Assembly: GCA_043228905.1 (NCBI GenBank)
Contig: JBHGNT010000005.1
Location: 20,584,001 to 20,648,000, forward strand
DNA length: 64,000 nt
Reading direction: 5' to 3'
Source: Azolla caroliniana
Lineage: Eukaryota > Plantae > Polypodiophyta
In this document: piece by piece, positions 62,259 through 64,000 of the stretch
Position numbering within the stretch: the stretch's first letter is position 1
Layout: each line of letters starts with the position of its first letter
The notes under the pieces: model-generated
The model's database searches: none
Told to the model about the DNA's origin: nothing
The model's input: the letters and a program-made list of their open reading frames with translations, nothing else
Program-made: the position numbers and the translations under genes

Positions 62259-64000
62259 TGTTGACCGGTCAGAAGAGCAAGGACAAGTGGGAAGGCGGAG
62301 TCGGATCGGATAATAGGAAGTAAATAATAGTATAATTATTATTTGGAGGGACGGATCCAGACCGATTCGGATGCCGGTTGCCTAAGCGCACCGATTGTAA
62401 CCTTGCCGGATGCCTATAAAAGGATCCGATGATTTGTAAAGTCTTTACGAAAGTAATACAGAAGTAATTATTGCGTGTTTATCTGTATCTTTGTATTGTT
62501 TTACCGTCTGTGCTTAATTGTAATCATCTTACGCGTGTAACCTAGCATCCAATCCTTACCATCCCTTTGGAGAAGTGTCGGATAGACACTTGTGTTGAGG
62601 CTAGTCCGGCCAGGCAGACAACACTATTTTGGCGACCACGATTCCTGCAAAGTGCAGAGGACCACATCATCGAACGAGGGAGACGATACACCGAACGAGA
62701 GCAACGACGGGAAGCCCTACAGCAAGCCGTCGACGAGATCCGGCGAGATCGGTCATTCTCCAGAACTCTTCGGAGAGTCGCAGAAGAAGCACTGCAGTTC
62801 CGGGTTCTGCAAGTCCCCGACGAAGGCAGTAGCATAACAAGCCTGCAAGAGGTGGAAATGATACTACAGACGCTCGCCGGGTCGACGGGGACTCGGAAGC
62901 ATTCGCAACACTTGAGGCGGAGTCGGAAAGCGACGGAAGCGTTGCATCCCGGTATAAAAGCAGCCACAACACACCAAACGACCCGGGGGAAGAGGGGTCG
63001 GAAGACTCAGTAACACCGGAGCCAGAGGAAGAAATAACCTTGGAGTTCGGTGACCGGCAATCGCCGAGGGAGGCTGACCGGATACCGACAACACCCGCGA
63101 AGGAACCGGAGGAGCGGATACCGACAACACCCGCGAAGGAACCGAAGGAGCGGATACCGACAACACCCACGAAGGAACCGAAGGAGCAGATACCGACAAC
63201 ACCCGCGGAGGAACCAAAGGACCGGACACCGGCAACACCCGCGGAGGAACTGAAGGAGCGGATACCGGCACGAACCGCAGAGGAACCAAAGGTTCTCACA
63301 CCAACAGCGGAGAAAGCAGGAGAGTCAGTTGGACGACACGATGCCGTACCCATACCCAAAGTACCGGGATGAGCCAAACGCTGAGGCACACGTGTACGCA
63401 TTCCTCCAAACATGGGAAGCCAACCATGTCTCCCAAAGACTGACGGAGCCCGAAGGCGAACGATCCAAAGTCACCGAATTTGGCATGACCTTAGAAGGAC
63501 CGGCGGCCCGATGGCACGCAAAGCACTTACCGGGCAGCTTTGCCACATTCGATGCCTTGAAGGCCAAATTCCTCAGGCTTTTTCACAGACAAGTTGAGCA
63601 AAGGGAATTGGTCGGGCAGTTCTACACCACCCGGCAGGAAGAGAACGAGACTGTGCCACAATTCATCATTCGGTTTCAGACCCTGCACAACCAACTAACG
63701 AGAGCACCACCCGAAGACGAAGCCAAAGCAGTCTTTTTGGCCGCGCTGAAAGAGCCACTTCGAACAATGTGCGGAGTCCTTGATTTCCGCACCAGCACAA
63801 TGGACCAAGTTATTGATCGGGTCTTAGAAATGGACAAGACTAGCTCCTTCTTGTCGATGGGGATGTTACACCGGCCACTCCCGAAGGAGGAAGACCTGAG
63901 GTTCCGACAGGCCTTATAATGCACAACATGCCTAAATTCAGGCCACTCAATGGTAGACTGCACCCTGCAGACACAATGTATGATCTGCAACTCTCGAGCC
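62259..64000 (+). mobile_element. 5' end of a tRNA-Arg-primed Ty3/gypsy element (LTR, PBS, disrupted gag)
   Basis: LTR TGTTG (62259) to CAACA (62623). PBS TGGCGACCACGAT 62630-62642 resembles the complement of a plant tRNA-Arg 3' end. Gag-like 63329-63919 followed by a C-x2-C-x4-H-x4-C remnant. Confidence 0.8.
63079..63294 (+). repeat. About six 36-bp coding repeats (RIPTTPAKEPEE) in the gag leader
   Basis: Visible in the DNA and in ORF 63040-63372. Confidence 0.9.

Overview
Eukaryotic land-plant DNA, probably a seed-free plant judging by the Tcn1-type chromovirus and the tRNA-Trp-primed gypsy elements; the species cannot be named from the sequence. There is one host gene: a 17-exon class II kinesin-12 (PAKRP1/KIN12A/B-like, 14004-21148, +). 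The rest is nested transposons: several decayed Ty1/copia elements, a near-complete Tcn1-like chromovirus (30747-36481), an apparently intact tRNA-Trp-primed Ty3/gypsy element (38605-45933) with a decayed relative and a gag-only relative, and a tRNA-Arg-primed gypsy running off the right end. The most striking feature is a 12.2-kb cut-and-paste element (46003-58169) with 26-bp TIRs and a 4-bp TSD. It encodes a spliced, apparently intact Sola2-like DDD transposase and a convergent 6-exon, ~922-aa coiled-coil/RING-H2 accessory gene, and both genes carry AGTAC-rich repeat arrays in their long introns. Other signals: antisense tRNA-like A/B-box cassettes in the U3 of three LTR families, an ACGT 4-bp TSD shared by two related gypsy insertions, a conserved GGATTTT + pseudoknot -1 frameshift after the protease, Tf1-type self-priming, and a heat-shock-element array. 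All calls come from manual reading; no database searches were run.
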